The notes beneath the pieces were generated by a model. The model saw only the letters and a program-made list of their open reading frames with translations. It searched no databases and was not told the DNA's origin. Source: Antedon mediterranea (taxonomy: Eukaryota; Animalia; Echinodermata). From it: DNA of 64,000 nt. Of the stretch, positions 13,589-27,223 are shown in pieces. The number at the start of each line of letters is the position of its first letter. Position 1 is the first letter of the stretch. The stretch covers positions 13,578,001 through 13,642,000 of the forward strand of contig NC_092672.1 in NCBI RefSeq assembly GCF_964355755.1, written 5' to 3'. Both the position numbers and the translations under genes were made by a program.

Positions 13589-14185
13589 TCAGCTGTTATG
13601 TAACAATGCTTTCTTTCTGTGCCGGCAGGCGGACACAAGTTTGTTACGTTTGTTTAATGTCGATAATTCAGGGTGGCGGATGATAAATAATTTCTCTTTG
13701 AGGCAGAGGTTGCATTTTTTGTTTGCGCTACTATATGCTTTAGTAGATGCCAATGAGATTGAATAGTCTGTGTTGTTGTCCTTGAGTGTCCAAATATGTT
13801 TACTGAGTTCGGTTGAGTTTCTAGAACGTGTATTACGGAATGATGAGGTGTGATTTCTGTATTGTGTTTTAAAATCATTTTCAGTGAGTCCAATATAAGT
13901 TTCCGAGGTGGATTTGTCTTTGCGTGTAATTGTGGCTTGGTATATTACAGATGATTGTAAGCAATTTCCGTTTAGCGGGCATGTGTTTTTCTGTCGGCAG
14001 TTGCATGTTTTGTTTTCTTGCGTGTTTTCCACGGATGTTGTTTCGGGCTGGTTGAGTATTCTCTTGTTGTGACTGTCTATTATCTGTTTCATATTGTTCA
14101 TACAACTGTAGCTAATCTTGATAGTGTTTCGGTTGAAGATTTTTCTTAGTTTGTTATCTTTTGGAAAATGTTTGTCTACTAGGGA
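13589..14185 (-). CDS. Penelope (Naiad) ORF C-terminus with GIY-YIG endonuclease (partial)
   Basis: VIYQATI...TYIGLTENDFKTQYRNH; open to the stop at 13589; the frame continues upstream of the ORF-track Met. Confidence 0.88.
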   Translation of the reverse strand, partial: SLVDKHFPKDNKLRKIFNRNTIKISYSCMNNMKQIIDSHNKRILNQPETTSVENTQENKTCNCRQKNTCPLNGNCLQSSVIYQATITRKDKSTSETYIGLTENDFKTQYRNHTSSFRNTRSRNSTELSKHIWTLKDNNTDYSISLASTKAYSSANKKCNLCLKEKLFIIRHPELSTLNKRNKLVSACRHRKKALLHNS

Positions 14186-14399
14186 TAGATGGTTACATTG
14201 AACCGAACATTTATATATATATATATATATGTATCTTTTAAATATAGTCTAAAAATTGGCTAGAATGTTTCAGATGATAGGTATATATTCTGATTCATAT
14301 AACCATTTTTAGGTACATGTACATATAGCTATAAAGATGTATGTTTTACTGTACCTACAAACACGTAAATGTATAATTAAAATACCTAAATTAATCTTC

Positions 14400-14730
14400 A
14401 TCTAAATCACTCTCTTAATCATCTTCCTGGAATTTTGGATCATCAGGTTTATCAAGAATATCAATTAGGTTTTGTGGTAAAATTTCGTTAGATGTCCATT
14501 GTGGCTCTGATCCATTTTCTGTTGCAGTCCACCCATTATTATTTGTTGGTGATGGAACTATAGGTTTTGCTAAGTTAGCGCATTTCCATATTGCCACTTG
14601 ATAGTTGGCTCTCATTTCTTAATGGCTTTAACAAACCTCCATGCAATCCGCATTTCTCTTTTAAACAAGAATACCTCATCTCATTTACACTCCTAAATCT
14701 TGGTTTTCCACACATAGCACACAATAGTAA
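14400..14730 (-). pseudogene. Academ-like transposase C-terminal remnant
   Basis: RANYQVAIWK...PIVPSP...GW matches the RAxYQxxIW...P.P...GW motif that follows the XPG-like domain; acidic tail. Confidence 0.6.
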
Positions 14731-15074
14731 AGAGGTTTACTTACTCATCTTCTGACAATAACATCTTGCACACATTTTTCTTCCACCTTTTCTCGTTTTT
14801 AGTTTCTTAACTGCATGGTGTACAATCAGTTGATCTAAGGCCGCTCATTTCACTTATGAGTTCATCCATTGAATCTTCCTATATGTAACAAAAAAGAAAC
14901 ATAAATAGTGTCAAATTTCAATTTGGAGATTACAGTACCTGTATATAGAAAAGTGATTTTCAATGATAACTTTTGCTAATTCACTGGTATGTATATGTAA
15001 ATTTCTATCCTGTAAAAACCTACCTGTACCAATTTTTTTTTTGTGTGTTTTCCTGTGCGCTTTCTTGTTGATTG

Positions 15075-16100
15075 GATATCATGGTCTAGAGCAGACAACG
15101 TAGTAGATATTGGATATTCTTCCCTTGGACACCAGTGGAAGTTGGGCAGCCAGGATTTCCAATTGGAATTTTTGCCTTGTCGTCAACGAAATATACTTCA
15201 ACCTCATTTCTGATCGTCAAAATACGTGCCCTGAAATACTTGAAAGCAGAATTGAGAATCACGATGTGCAGCTCTCAATTGACGAAATGAGAAATTAAAT
15301 TTCACCAAATTAAATACATGCTACCATAAATGATTCATTTAAAATCTTACTTAAACTTGTGTACCCTCCAGAGTTGGGGTATAGTATGATTCTGACAGCT
15401 TGGCTGCTTCACATACCTGCATTTTGTTTTGCAGTTGGAATCTTCCAGTGAAACTCAGAGCTCTGTGTGTGTATTTGTTTCTAGGTACAAACTGTAGGCG
15501 GACTAATGCCTTGCTGGGAATATCTGTTCCTTCAGGGCATCTCTTTGCAATCCTTTCCACCATGTCACCCAACGACAACCATTCGGATAAGTGCGCTATA
15601 CCACGACGTCTTTCATCAGCAGCAGTAACCTCATTGACAATTTCCTCCAGTATAGAAAAATATGTCTGGAAAGTTTCCCCAGGTCTACCCTTGTTCATTT
15701 TCCTTAAATCCACAATAGCACCAGGTTCCCCCTGCAATACCAGTTGAATTCGTTGTTCCATCTCACGATCACAAGGCACTGAAGCATCATGCGTTCAGAA
15801 TACACAGCATCCATTAAAGAGCCACTCAAATGTGTCAAATTTGAAAACCTATTGAAAATTATTTGAAAATGTTTTAATAAAAACGATATTTAAATCAAAT
15901 TTTAAAAATAAGAAAACAAATACCAATTTATAATTTATTTAAACTGTACTAACAATTATACTCACCTTTGTTCAAAATTGGTCTTCATTTGACGAGTGTG
16001 GTATACTGGCAAGTGAGGTTCTAGCATACGTACAAAACTCCAAATGCTGACCCTCCTGGACAGTAGTGCAGGGTATCTACTGGAACAGAGAGGCTTAGTT
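15075..16100 (-). pseudogene. Zator-like transposase remnant (spliced, disrupted)
   Basis: IVDLRKMNKGRP, AADERRRG, IPSKALVRLQFVPRN...FTGRF...Q and PTSTGV...LSALDHD motifs. Confidence 0.65.
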
Positions 16101-16819
16101 TAGATATAAACTGGAATTGTTGCAGTTACGCCTCTCTAATGTTTCATATGAACATACTAATTTATATTAAATTATTTAATATGTTTTATGGTGCCTCGCA
16201 CTTTTGGTACATCCATAATGGTATATTTATTAAAATTATCTTCACAGAAAAACTGAATGGTGACAATTTTTTACATTATTAAAATGTACTTAAAATATTT
16301 GGAATGTAATAAAAAGATAGCATAAAAAAACATCAAAAATTGATAACCACACAATACATCATATAAAAACATTAAAATAAATGACCACAACATCAAAACA
16401 AGTAAAAATCTAAATGACTGGCCAAGTGAATTACCTAACATTATTATTAATTATTTTCAAACAGAAGTAAAATCAGTTACGGTTCCACTGCCTAATCATG
16501 TATGGGATGGAGCTGTTTACGATATCTGACTGTCCGGAAAACAGGGACAGTAAGTTTGTTGGTGCTTCGTAGGTCTCTGCCATGAGACTCAAACCTACTG
16601 AGTGGAATACACTCATCTTGGCTAGAAATTAACGAGGCAGAAAATTTTCTACAAATGTTATTCCAACGTACAGTTACACTTCGTACTGACTCGCTTGAAT
16701 TGCAATGAACATGGTCACGTGGGCAGTTGACTGCACTGACTCCAATGAATCCATGGCTTGCAGTTTGTCAATACCCGCCTAGCCTAGTAGGTAGGCTAGA
16801 ATAGGAGAAGGCTAGCGAA

Positions 16820-17290
16820 CTCACTTTACAAATTTATCTCTTATACGCTTATAGTTTTTCTGGCATTCTTCAACAGAGATGTTTGTCTGTGAACTTATTG
16901 TCGTCCATGCATTCATTCTTATGTTTCTGATATCGATATCGATATGACTTACTTCCCTTATCATAAAGACAAGGGTAATGACAGATAATTTCCATGAAGA
17001 CCTCGTCAGCCACTATTTTTTTGCCGTCGGTGTCGTCTGATGATGAGAGATATTCCTGAGTTTTGATAGGTTGACGAACGCGAACCGTGCTCGCGACGCC
17101 TCAAAAAGTTGACCAAGGTTCAACTTTTAAACATTCGCGTGCAAAGCCTTCACTGCAGTCGTTTTCAACGTGTTGAAGTTGAAATTCGACTATTGTTCAC
17201 TGTTCAATTGTATGTTCACACTGAAAGCGTCCGTCGCCTCCCACTTTTTAACGCGAAATTCGCTTCTTCGCGTTTGGTGTGCACCGGCCT
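16820..17290 (-). mobile_element. PIF/Harbinger remnant: MADF (Myb/SANT-like) ORF fragment plus terminus
   Basis: FMEIICHYPCLYDKGSKSYR / NAWTTISSQTNISVEECQKNYKRIRDKFVK (frameshifted MADF); a minus-strand end AGGCCGGTGCACACC at about 17290. Confidence 0.7.
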
Positions 17291-17974
17291 CTATTTTCAA
17301 AATACGGCTGCATCATAAATGACCAGACCAGTCTTCAACAATAGTTTTTGTGACTCGTAGTAGTGGGTTATTATTATAGATTGACTTATAAGGTGGGTTA
17401 CTACTAGAAGGGAGGTTACTAAGGTTTAAAAGGTCATCTAATTTACACTATATAAAATGTATTAAATAAATATTCAGAATAATGCAATTGAGTTGTATGG
17501 AGTTAAAGTCAAATGTTTTTTTTTTTACCCGCTTATGTCACAAGCAATTAGCAGCAGTTTTAGTACTAGAGACTGACGTTTTTGCTCAAATTCATACTCG
17601 ACTATAATGTATAAGTCCCAGCAGCTGCTGGACCCAAAACACATCTGGGAAAAGAGTCTATGAGGGCTCACAGTTGAACGATTTTGGATTCTTGCCCTTT
17701 GAATGGTTGATGCGAATCAACAGATTGTGGAAGAATTTCTACTTGTACGGTACCAACTTAAGTCAGAGGGTATTCAGTTACATGCCTACAGTTCAGGTTG
17801 AGGTCACAGACAAACAGGTTACAGCACATTAAAGTTCAAAATTGACCATTTTTAAATGCCATTTTTGAATTAGTAGATTAATATTTGTTGGCAAATAATA
17901 CACATGTATTCTTTCAAATGCTGTGATTCATAATTAAAGAACTATCTGTGATTTGTATGTATTTTTGCGATTAA

Positions 17975-18085
17975 AGGACAACTGGTTACAAATGGTCCAA
18001 CTGGTCCCAGTTCCAACTGGTCATAGTTCCAACTGGTCACAGTAATAATTTTCAATCCCAGTTGTAAATTTTCCAATTGGTCTGA
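17975..18085. repeat. CAACTGGT tandem motif cluster, possible transposon subterminal repeats
   Basis: At least 4 direct copies of caactggt at 16-19 bp spacing. Confidence 0.5.
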
Positions 18086-18289
18086 TCCAAATCACTGTTG
18101 AGAATTTTACTAGTGAAAAATTCCGTACTGAAACAAACAAACAAGAGAACTTGTTTAATTTTATACTTTATTAACTTTAATATTATACCTTAACATATCC
18201 AGCCATTACACAAACATCCTAGTAACCAGTATACCCTGTATTCCCGTTGCTTTTTACAGGTACATTTTATTCAGTAATAAAATCTATGA

Positions 18290-20074
18290 AGCGACTTGAT
18301 TATGGCCTTCTTAATATTTAGTCATGTCTCAACAATTGATCTGAAAAGTAATCAAATAATTTTAAAAAATTTAATAAATAAAATACAAAAATTATTTTAA
18401 CTTACCCTTCATTTTTTTTACTGTGCTTTTGCAGCATTATGACTGGCTTAATTGGTTTTTAATACAGCCGCCACAGCCTTGTAATTGTTTTAAAATAATA
18501 TGCTAGAAATCATCTGCAATTGTAATTAGATATAATGTCTTCTTCGTTGACATGCAACACTTTATCCGCTTCCATTGCAAAATTGACTAATAAATGCATC
18601 TTGCAAAATTATTTGGCCAGTTCTCCACAAATGTTGGCATCAATTCTTCTCGAAGAAGTTGCAACTTTTTATTGAACTGTGGGTTTGTTGGGAAAACTAG
18701 CTCCAGCTCGATATTTGTGCCAAAATAGATTTCATTGGCTAACTTTGTTATCCTTGAGTTGCTGAGGTTAGGTGCCATTTTTTTCGACCACTCCTTCAGC
18801 CGCCATTTTGTATTTAAAAATTGCCGACATTCCACACTGAACTTTGTCATCCATTTAAGCAGTGTCCTAAATACAATTCCTGAAGACTATTCTGATAGGG
18901 GTACTTTTCTTTTCTCCCTCTTTCCAAAGGAGAAGTTTGGCCAGGTTGTGGAGAACAATATGATATTTCCTAATTAATATAATACAATTCCCACTGAGTG
19001 CTGTTTCAAAGATTTTTATTTTTAAAAGTGACTAAAACTATTCTTTACTGGTATAATATTGTCGGAACCTCCGGGTTCTCTCCCATTGATGGCCCAGCAA
19101 TTGGATGCTAGGCAAATTCCCCCCCCCTCCCCTCCCCTCCCCTCATCAGGAATTATTAAAGTAACATTAATAGCAAAATGTGTGAGTTTATAAGAACGTA
19201 AGAATCAAATAAAGAAAAAAAATTTAAAATAGTAAAATAGTTTGTATACCTTTTACACTGCTTTTATGCAAGATTTGCATGTGGCAAATCCATCCAATTG
19301 CTACTGTATTGCTTTTTGGCCCGCTTTTAATTCCTTCACCTTCATAAGAACAAACATAACACTTTGTTCTTGAATTCCATTTATTGTTTAAAGTTACTGG
19401 TGTGCCTATATGATTAATACTGTATAGTAGTGGTTTTGGTATACCCCATTATTACCATTTCAAAAATATCGTTCTATATGTTTTAGTTCACGGCAGCTGC
19501 TAGGATAAGGGTCGTCGCTCTGGAACAGCGCACCTTCTCTCTTTTTCTTTTTTCGCCAGCAAGCTTCTTGTTTTCTTGTTGAGCCTAAAATAAAATTTAC
19601 AATTTTATGCGAGTATTATTGTGTAGATAATCTTATAAATCTATCTATAATGATATGTGCCTTCTCGGGTAATGATGTATCAAAGATCGGAATTGACTGA
19701 GAAGGGTTTTAAACTAAATTTGAAACCCGCCCTGGGCATGGATAATAACACAGTTTCTTATTCCAATCAGATTAATTTTGCTTAAAATATACTAAGATGA
19801 CTCTGGTGTTCCTATGATTAATGCTGTTAGTAGGTGGTTGGTTTTGCTTATATATAGTCCAACCTTACACAAAATTACAGATTTTCAAATAAGAAGAATA
19901 TTATGAAAAAACAAACATTAAATTACCATTTCACAAATGTCGCTCTGTATTTTATATTATTCATGGCAGGTGGTGGTGATGGTGGCACGAGCGCCTTGTC
20001 CATCAATAATTATTTAATCAAAATTATTTAATCAAGCAGGATTCAATCCGTTTTGGAATAATTTGATGTATATA
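18290..20074 (-). pseudogene. 3' half of interrupted paralog of the BEN-domain gene (outer, host gene)
   Basis: Exons at about 20000-19928, 19583-19455 and 19339-19250 are reverse-complement homologs of 32042-32146, 32494-32647 and 32831-32920, introns included; the last large exon (ITKLANEIYFG...KKLQLLREEL...F...W) differs and carries stops. Confidence 0.8.
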
Positions 20075-20076
20075 CA

Positions 20077-20732
20077 CTCCATAAAAAATGAGATCGGGAT
20101 CCCGATCGGGATGCGGTGGGATCCCACCGGGATGGCCCCATCCCGGTGGGATTTGACGATCCCACCGGGACGAACTCGGGATTTTTTTTCGCAATATCAG
20201 GATAAACGGGATTTTTGTTAAGAATTGCGGGATTTTGTACGCAATAACGGGATCGTGTTTGTAGACTACGGGATTTTGTAGGCAACATCGGGATTTTGTA
20301 CGCAAGATCGCGATTGGCGGGATTTTGTTTATAAAATTACAGGATTTTGTACGCAAGATCGGGATCGACAGGATTGTGTTTGTATAGACTACGGGATTTT
20401 GTACGCAAGATCGGGATTGGCGGGATTTTGTTTATAAAATTACGGGATTTTGTACGCAAGATCGGGATCGACAGGATTGTGTTTGTAGACTACGGGATTT
20501 TGTACGCAACATCGGGATTGGCGGGATTTTGTTTGTAAAAGTAAAGGATTTTGTACGCAAGATCGGGATTTTGTACACAACATCGCGATTGTCGGGATTT
20601 TGTTTGTAAAAGTACGGGATTTTTAACGCAAGATCGGGATTTTGTAGGCCTACGCAACATCGGGATTGGCGGGATTTTGTTTGTAAAAGTATGGGATCTT
20701 GTACGCCATAGCGGGATCTTGTTTATATAGGG
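20077..20732 (+). repeat. Left subterminal repeat array (CGGGATTTT / GGGATCCC motifs)
   Basis: Many cgggat motifs, mostly cgggattttgt in one orientation. Confidence 0.95.
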
Positions 20733-21434
20733 GATTTTCTACAGTAAGATCGGTTTGCTTTACTCTACTGTAAACTTTCCTATGTAAGTTTTAAAAAAAT
20801 GTCTTAATTATGCTATGTTATATAGTGTCTTTTTTATATTGTATCGGAGTTGTCAGTGGTTGTTTTTACATTAGTATCGCGAAAAAAATGTTTCTTTTAA
20901 TACGTAAAGGTACATTAATCGATAGGACTAGACATTTTAAAGAACTTTGAAGTATCTAATTGTTATAGATTTTGTTTCCCCTTGCTTTTAATACAAAAAT
21001 GGCGGGAACCATATAAATTGTGTCGTCATTAAAAAAAATGTACAAGTGATGCCGCGTCTTCGACGATAATTTAAGGTAAGAGACTTCATTCATTGTTCAT
21101 TCATTTTCTTGCCAAGCCATTACATTATTTTATTCATTTCATAACATTGTTGAGTTTTTTTGTTACATACTTTTTCTATTTTCAAAGTTGATATTGGTTT
21201 ATTTTAAACCTAATACTATTGATTACAAATGTTGAGTTGTTATTTGTTCAATATACGAGATGTTACGACCAATTAGTTTCAGTTGTTTTAATGAGATAAC
21301 CAAGTTGAGTTCTTTTAATAATAATATGTTGAGGGTATTACGCTATTGGTTTACCAGCTGATGAGTGCAATATGCACTCCTGCATAGACAATGCATGTTT
21401 CGTTTTATGCAGGAGATCCGATCAGTAGCCACCT

Positions 21435-23465
21435 GGGTAGTAACAAAGTGCGAGGCAGCGAGGCACGCGAGGCAGGGAAGGCATGCGAGGCAAGTCAGAA
21501 ATTTATGCGAGGCATCGTTTTACCATCATCAAAAAATGCGAGGCATCATTTTATCATTTCTCAAAATTGCAAGGCAGGAAATCACCGAAATTGAAGTAGC
21601 CTAGGCCTAGGCCCGCTAGGCTAGTTTCCTTTTGCACCTGCCTTGTAATTTAACCAAGGCTTTATCCTAAATACCACAGCTTAGAATTATTAGGCCTACT
21701 TTAATGAAGAAAAATCACATAAAAGTAACAATAAATCCATTAAATTGGTGATTTTACAGACGTTGTTTTTCTCGCATTTCGCACACTCAATGTTCAATAT
21801 TTTGGTTTCTATGGAACGCCAAAAGAGCAAAATTAATTAGAGGGCTAAAAACTCTGTGGAATCCATTTATATTTAACGCATTATTTGGTGAAAATCAAGT
21901 ACAATTTCAATAGATTTTGTCACTGTCAGTAAGGAAAAATGTTACTGTTGATAATGTACACGGTTTCGTTAACCTTTTAAAGAATAAAATAGAAAAATTC
22001 ATCATAATATCCTTAGTAGGATGTCCTAGGTCTAGACTAGGTAGTGATGTTGATTTAAGATCGATTATTATTCTTTGAAAACAGAACAGTATCAGCAGTA
22101 ACATATTACAACATTTTTATTGACAAATTAACAAATATATTGAAATAAAACGTGTTTTTCACCAATAAATGCATGAGAAATTGACGCATTCCACTGAGTT
22201 TTAGTCCTCTATTATCGTTGCTCTTTTGGCGCTCCATAGAAACAAAAATATTGAACATTGAATAAGTGAAATTCGCGAACAGTGTGCGAGAAACACGCCT
22301 GTAAAATCATTAATTTAAGGATTTATTTGTTACTTTTTATGTGATTCTTTCATTAAAGTACTCATGAGGTATACTTCTAAGGTGTGGTATTCACACGATA
22401 AAGTTAGTTATCAAATTTGGAGTAAAAATACAAGCGAAGGAAACTAGCGCCAGGTTTATTAGTACGTACATGGACAACAATAAATAAAAATCGTTCGTAA
22501 TATACCTAGCTTACTAAAACAGGAATAGTGTATCATTATTAAATATTACACCAATTATTATTTTATCAAAATTGATTAAATTATTTTCTACATAGGCCTC
22601 TTATCTAGGTTAGGGCTAAGCATATTAGCTAAAGTTTAATTTTAGGCCTAGTATTACAAGTCTTTTTTCACACGCGCTCCAGAATTCTGTCGCAATTTTT
22701 TTCTTTGCGGCATGTTATTGGATCGGCATATCAGTTACCTTTTATTCACCGCCAGTTATTGAACTTGTCCTGGCAATCGCTGTTCACCTTATTTGCGAGA
22801 GAGGTACACGTGTTGTTCCTAGAGAATGGAATGTCAAAAATGTCTTTGGCACGCCGCTCAGAGAGAAGTCTGTGCGTTGCTGCTGAAACCACGTGCTATA
22901 GGAGGGGAATGCACCACAATCCTCTGAGCTGAGGGCTGAATCATTCCGCTACCTGCTAAATAGTAAAGAGGGATTTTCCATCTCTCGGGTCTACCGGATC
23001 TAGGCGCAGGGGTGTGAAAAAATATTATTTTCACTCTGCTATGTTCGAGAGACATGTGAGTGAACACGCTCGAAATGCCAACAAACATTGCAGTAATTGA
23101 TGAGTGTGTCGCTATAACAATTATTGTTTATCGAAAGTTGAAGACTGTCGTTCAGATTTTTGAACCGTAGTTTGGGCACTTTTGTAAAAGTAAAATTTGA
23201 CACGATATGACTTGAATGAAAAAACAATCGTTACATAAAAATAAACAACATGATGAGTGTATACACGAATCTATTTAGATACGCTTGTATCGATTGATTA
23301 TTAGGCCTATAATATAGCACAATAGCACGTTAAGATATGCCTCGCACCTTTTTGAAATTGTAAACTATATGCCTCGCATGCCTCGCACTTTTGGAAATGA
23401 TAAAATGATGCCTCGCACAAATATTTGCCTCGCTTGCCTCGCTGCCTCGCACTTTGTCAACACTC
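21435..23465. mobile_element. Non-autonomous MULE-type element, 9-bp TSD TAGCCACCT
   Basis: TSD at 21426-34 and 23466-74; ends GGGTAGTAACAAAGTGCGAGGCA and (rc) GAGTGTTGACAAAGTGCGAGGCA with inverted arrays of GCGAGGCA. Confidence 0.92.
21620..22448. mobile_element. Old MITE with imperfect TIRs of about 280 bp, inside the MULE-type element
   Basis: 21620-21900 is the reverse complement of about 22150-22448 (e.g. caatgttcaatatttt / aaaatattgaacattg). Confidence 0.8.
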
Positions 23466-25769
23466 TAGCCACCTCCCTAACTCTTAAGGATCGAAACAGC
23501 CATCACACCATCAGCGACCACTTATTACAGTCGTGTTTACCGTACAAATAACTCAGCTAAATAGTTCAGTTAAATATTCAATGAACTAAATGATTGTGTG
23601 TTTTTTCTTCTCTGAATTCAAAATTTTGCGATGGCTGTCCTGGGATATAATAATATATACCCACTTTTTGATCGTTTTTGTGTTTTTAAATAAATAACGA
23701 TAATAATGTATTAAAAATACAGTGTACAGTATTAACAGCTGCGTTTTAATAGCAAATCTTGGGACTAAAACAAATTAAATGAGAAATACCACGTTCGACT
23801 CAAGTTTATGATGATGATCGCCATCCTGCAAAAAAATCCGGACCCTGCACGACAAACTAGCAATTAATGCGTCACCTCGTTTGATCTTCTCCGTACACCA
23901 AATATGGGTCAACGTACGGAGAAGGGAATTCAGTTCATCACAATGTCACGTGGTCTAATTGCGATCCCTTTGTGTAAGCCGGCCGCGTCGCAAGGAAGCG
24001 CACATGAGAGCAGTGGTGTTATATTGTTCTATATTTAGAAACTCTGGGCTAGGAAATGTTAGCATGGGAAATTTCTACTAGCTAGAGACGTCGTCGTGGC
24101 AACATTATACGTACAAGAGTGTGCTGTTAACGGGATTTCTATTATAAACATCACAGAAACAGAATAAATTCAAAACCGTCCGGTTAATTAATTAATTTGA
24201 AACGATAACATGCGGAAATCTGTCAGTATATAAACACATCCGGCATAGAACATTAATTCTAAACCGCCCGGTGATATACTGAAATATAATTAATTTATTT
24301 GAAACGATAAAGATGAGGAAATCTGTCAGAATGACCAACCGAGACATACATATACAATTTAGAGAAAATTACATTCAATCAGTTTGTGTTTAGGCCTATA
24401 GGTTTAACTCAAACACCAACAAACAAACACCCTAAAAAATAATTTGTTAAACCTTTTTGTTTAATATGCCATTTTAATGTCACATTATAAAAGTTCACTT
24501 TTACCAAAAAACTGCATTGAAAATAAAAACATTATTTACCTGAAAAAAAATGTAATTTAAAGCAAAACATTCTTTTTGGTTAAAACCGTTTCTGCCTTTT
24601 TATAAGTGAAAACATTATTTTGGTGTTTTTTCTACATCTTTAATCATGTTCGAGTAAGTTTCGTGGTACAGATATGTATGTTCTGTCTTGAATGTGAATG
24701 AAAACACAATGATGTTTTATATGTGAAAGAGGAATTAGAACTAGATCAGAAGGTGTTGCTATGTTGACATGATGCAACATTTGTTGCGTGTGTTTGTATT
24801 CTCGAATAAGGGCATAAGGAATTGTAGTTGTGGTTATGAAATTGATGATTTGGCCAGTTTTGTGCGGTCCTTCTGCATCCTCCCTGCTGTATACAATGCT
24901 GCTGTTGCTTCTTTTAGTGCTTTTTTCGTGGTGCAAGCAGGTAAAGATGCTGCGCCCTCTGCTGTACCTCCGAAATTGGCCAGTGTGTTGTATTGTGGCA
25001 ATTTTTCCTAGATGTTCATAGCCATCTGGTATTGGAAGCACAAGACTGGTTTCCCCCTCCATACATTGATTGTCATCTCTATAAAAAATAATAACACTAG
25101 TCTATTACATATATTATTAGCATTGGATTACGGATGTATTCAGTTTCTTATACGTCTGTAAAGGCTATTTTTCATTGGTAATTATTCATATTTCTTTCAG
25201 GGTATTGCAAAATGTATTATTTAAAAAAAATAGACTACTTACCGCAGGAATTTAGAAGTCAACCGCTTAAGCAACTTCTTCGTCTTTGGTGACACACTTT
25301 CGTCAATAATGTTGTTTACCAATGAAGGTAGGCCTTTAGCCATACCAACGGCAAATGAAATCTATATTGAATCATAACGTATAGTACTATGGTTAGCAAG
25401 GTTACGTACAGTTGGCAGTGCAAGTAGTTCATAAAACATATAAAACAAAAAGATAACTGTAAGAACAGTGCACACCATTACAGGATGACATTCATTTATT
25501 TAAAAACTTACTTGGCTGTTTACAAATCGTGATCCATGGACCATTCGCTTCAAAAAAGAATTCATAGACTCGAACCCAAAGCAAGAGTATTCGTATAATG
25601 GTCCATACATTCTACAGACATCTGTGAGATGTGTCAATAAGTGAATGTTCATGGTTTGTTTGGTTCGCCCTAGAAAACAAACGTAGGCATATTATATTAT
25701 TAGACGAAAAACCCCCAAAACAATAGGTACTAAAATAATAATAGGTAATAAAAGAATATAAAACATTCG

Positions 25770-25912
25770 ACCCTCTACGGACCCAGGGAAGCCAGCAGCG
25801 CAACACACCAGAAGACGATCCCCTACTCTTTTTTAATAGTACTAAGTACTTAAACGTGCACTATAATTATGTACACAGGACTAACGGCTTTAGGTCCTAT
25901 CCGAAAGACGAG
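25770..25912 (-). mobile_element. Truncated SINE fragment (MetaSINE-like core) in a transposase intron
   Basis: acaggactaacggctttaggtcctatccgaaagacga resembles the reverse of a common invertebrate SINE central domain; no tRNA head. Confidence 0.5.
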
Positions 25913-27223
25913 ATAGGCCTACTTAATTTAAATTTAAAATTCATATAGGCCTACCGTATATATCAGGAAACAAACTGCAAAAGCGTTGAAGTGAGTTTTC
26001 AGCTTCCTCCAGGTCATGGTCAGTGATTTTTGATTTGGTTAGCCTAGCTATTCCATTTACCAGCAATGCATAATGTTTGAAGATGTCGTCAGGCATGACT
26101 TCATGTAATACGGGAATGGAGAAGTGGATCAACCATTCCCGATATTCAGATGCTTTAATAGAATGGTATGGTATGTGTTAAAACATTTAAAATACTTTTA
26201 TTAGAACAGTCCAGATGCCGTAGTTGTAGTAGTAGTAGTAGTAGTAGTCAATTTTGAGACACCTACACTTGAGACATCAAAAATCGCATATACTTTAATG
26301 TGGTTTATATTGGCTTAAAAAGGCACATACGTCACCACCTAAATGTTCCTATTGTGCCTAAACTAACCAAAAAAAATGTATACCGGTACCTTTCCAATGC
26401 TGACATTCATCCAGTCTTGATTGGCAGCGGGCAATAAAATTCGGTGGTTTAATGTTTAAATACCTTTGGTTGAGAAGAGCAATCTAAAAAGAAAATAAAA
26501 ATTATTTGCTGATTACAAGTGAAATTTTATACAGTACTTTTTTATGAAACAGGCTATCAATATAATATAATAATAATAATATATATAAATAAGAAAAATA
26601 CCTTTGTTTTTAAACTAAACCTTTCTCCTCTGGAATCCTTTCCAAACCAAAAGTTGAGTAATTGCTTGGTTACCCCTAATAACACACAATGCATCCAGTC
26701 TATGACGCACACTGTAGATAAGTCAATGCACCTTTAATGCCTCGAACCTTCAAATGATTAGAAACAAATCACATTGAATAATTAAATTATAATTACAGTA
26801 TTAGTTTACGTTCAACATGTTAAAGAGGACAATAAAAAAAAATGGTAACATTATGTGTACTATTACTGAAAATAACAGTAAATATATTCAAATGATGTAT
26901 TACAGCAATAAATCAAAATTTAATCTTACAGAACCACCACTTATGGCTGCCTCTCTCGCGTCACTAATCATTGATTGGTGTGTTCTTTTTGGCGTGTTTT
27001 CCTGAAAAGGATAAAACCTATGCAAGTGTGATGTTGGCAGTGTCTCCCCCTCTGCAAGGCAATAGTTGCAACCAAATTGTCCGTTATACTGTTTCATATT
27101 ACAAACCATGGCCTTAGCTGGAAGGTCCAATGTTGTTGCCAGTATACGTAAATGTACCTTTTTGACTCCGTACACTGTCAAAATGTTAACACCTAAATAA
27201 ATAAAAACAAAAATATGCTTATT

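Larger units (their letters stand above)
13400..14230 (-). mobile_element. 5'-truncated Penelope-like element, Naiad type, flanked by (TA)n
   Basis: ORF KHFPKDNKLRKIFNRNTIKISYSCMNNMKQII...CNCR...CPLNGNCL..VIY...YIG...CNLCLKEK...CRH; hammerhead in the 3' region; TA-rich tracts near 13402 and 14211. Confidence 0.9.

Noticed and set aside
13589-14185. Selenocysteine recoding reported for some Naiad elements
   Set aside because: No in-frame TGA in the retained ORF and no SECIS that I can identify.
20077-20732. Stand-alone MITE ending in ...tatataggg at about 20732
   Set aside because: An end-like motif exists, but the CA duplication and the colinear host intron pair 20077 with 36192. It may be an internal alternative end.
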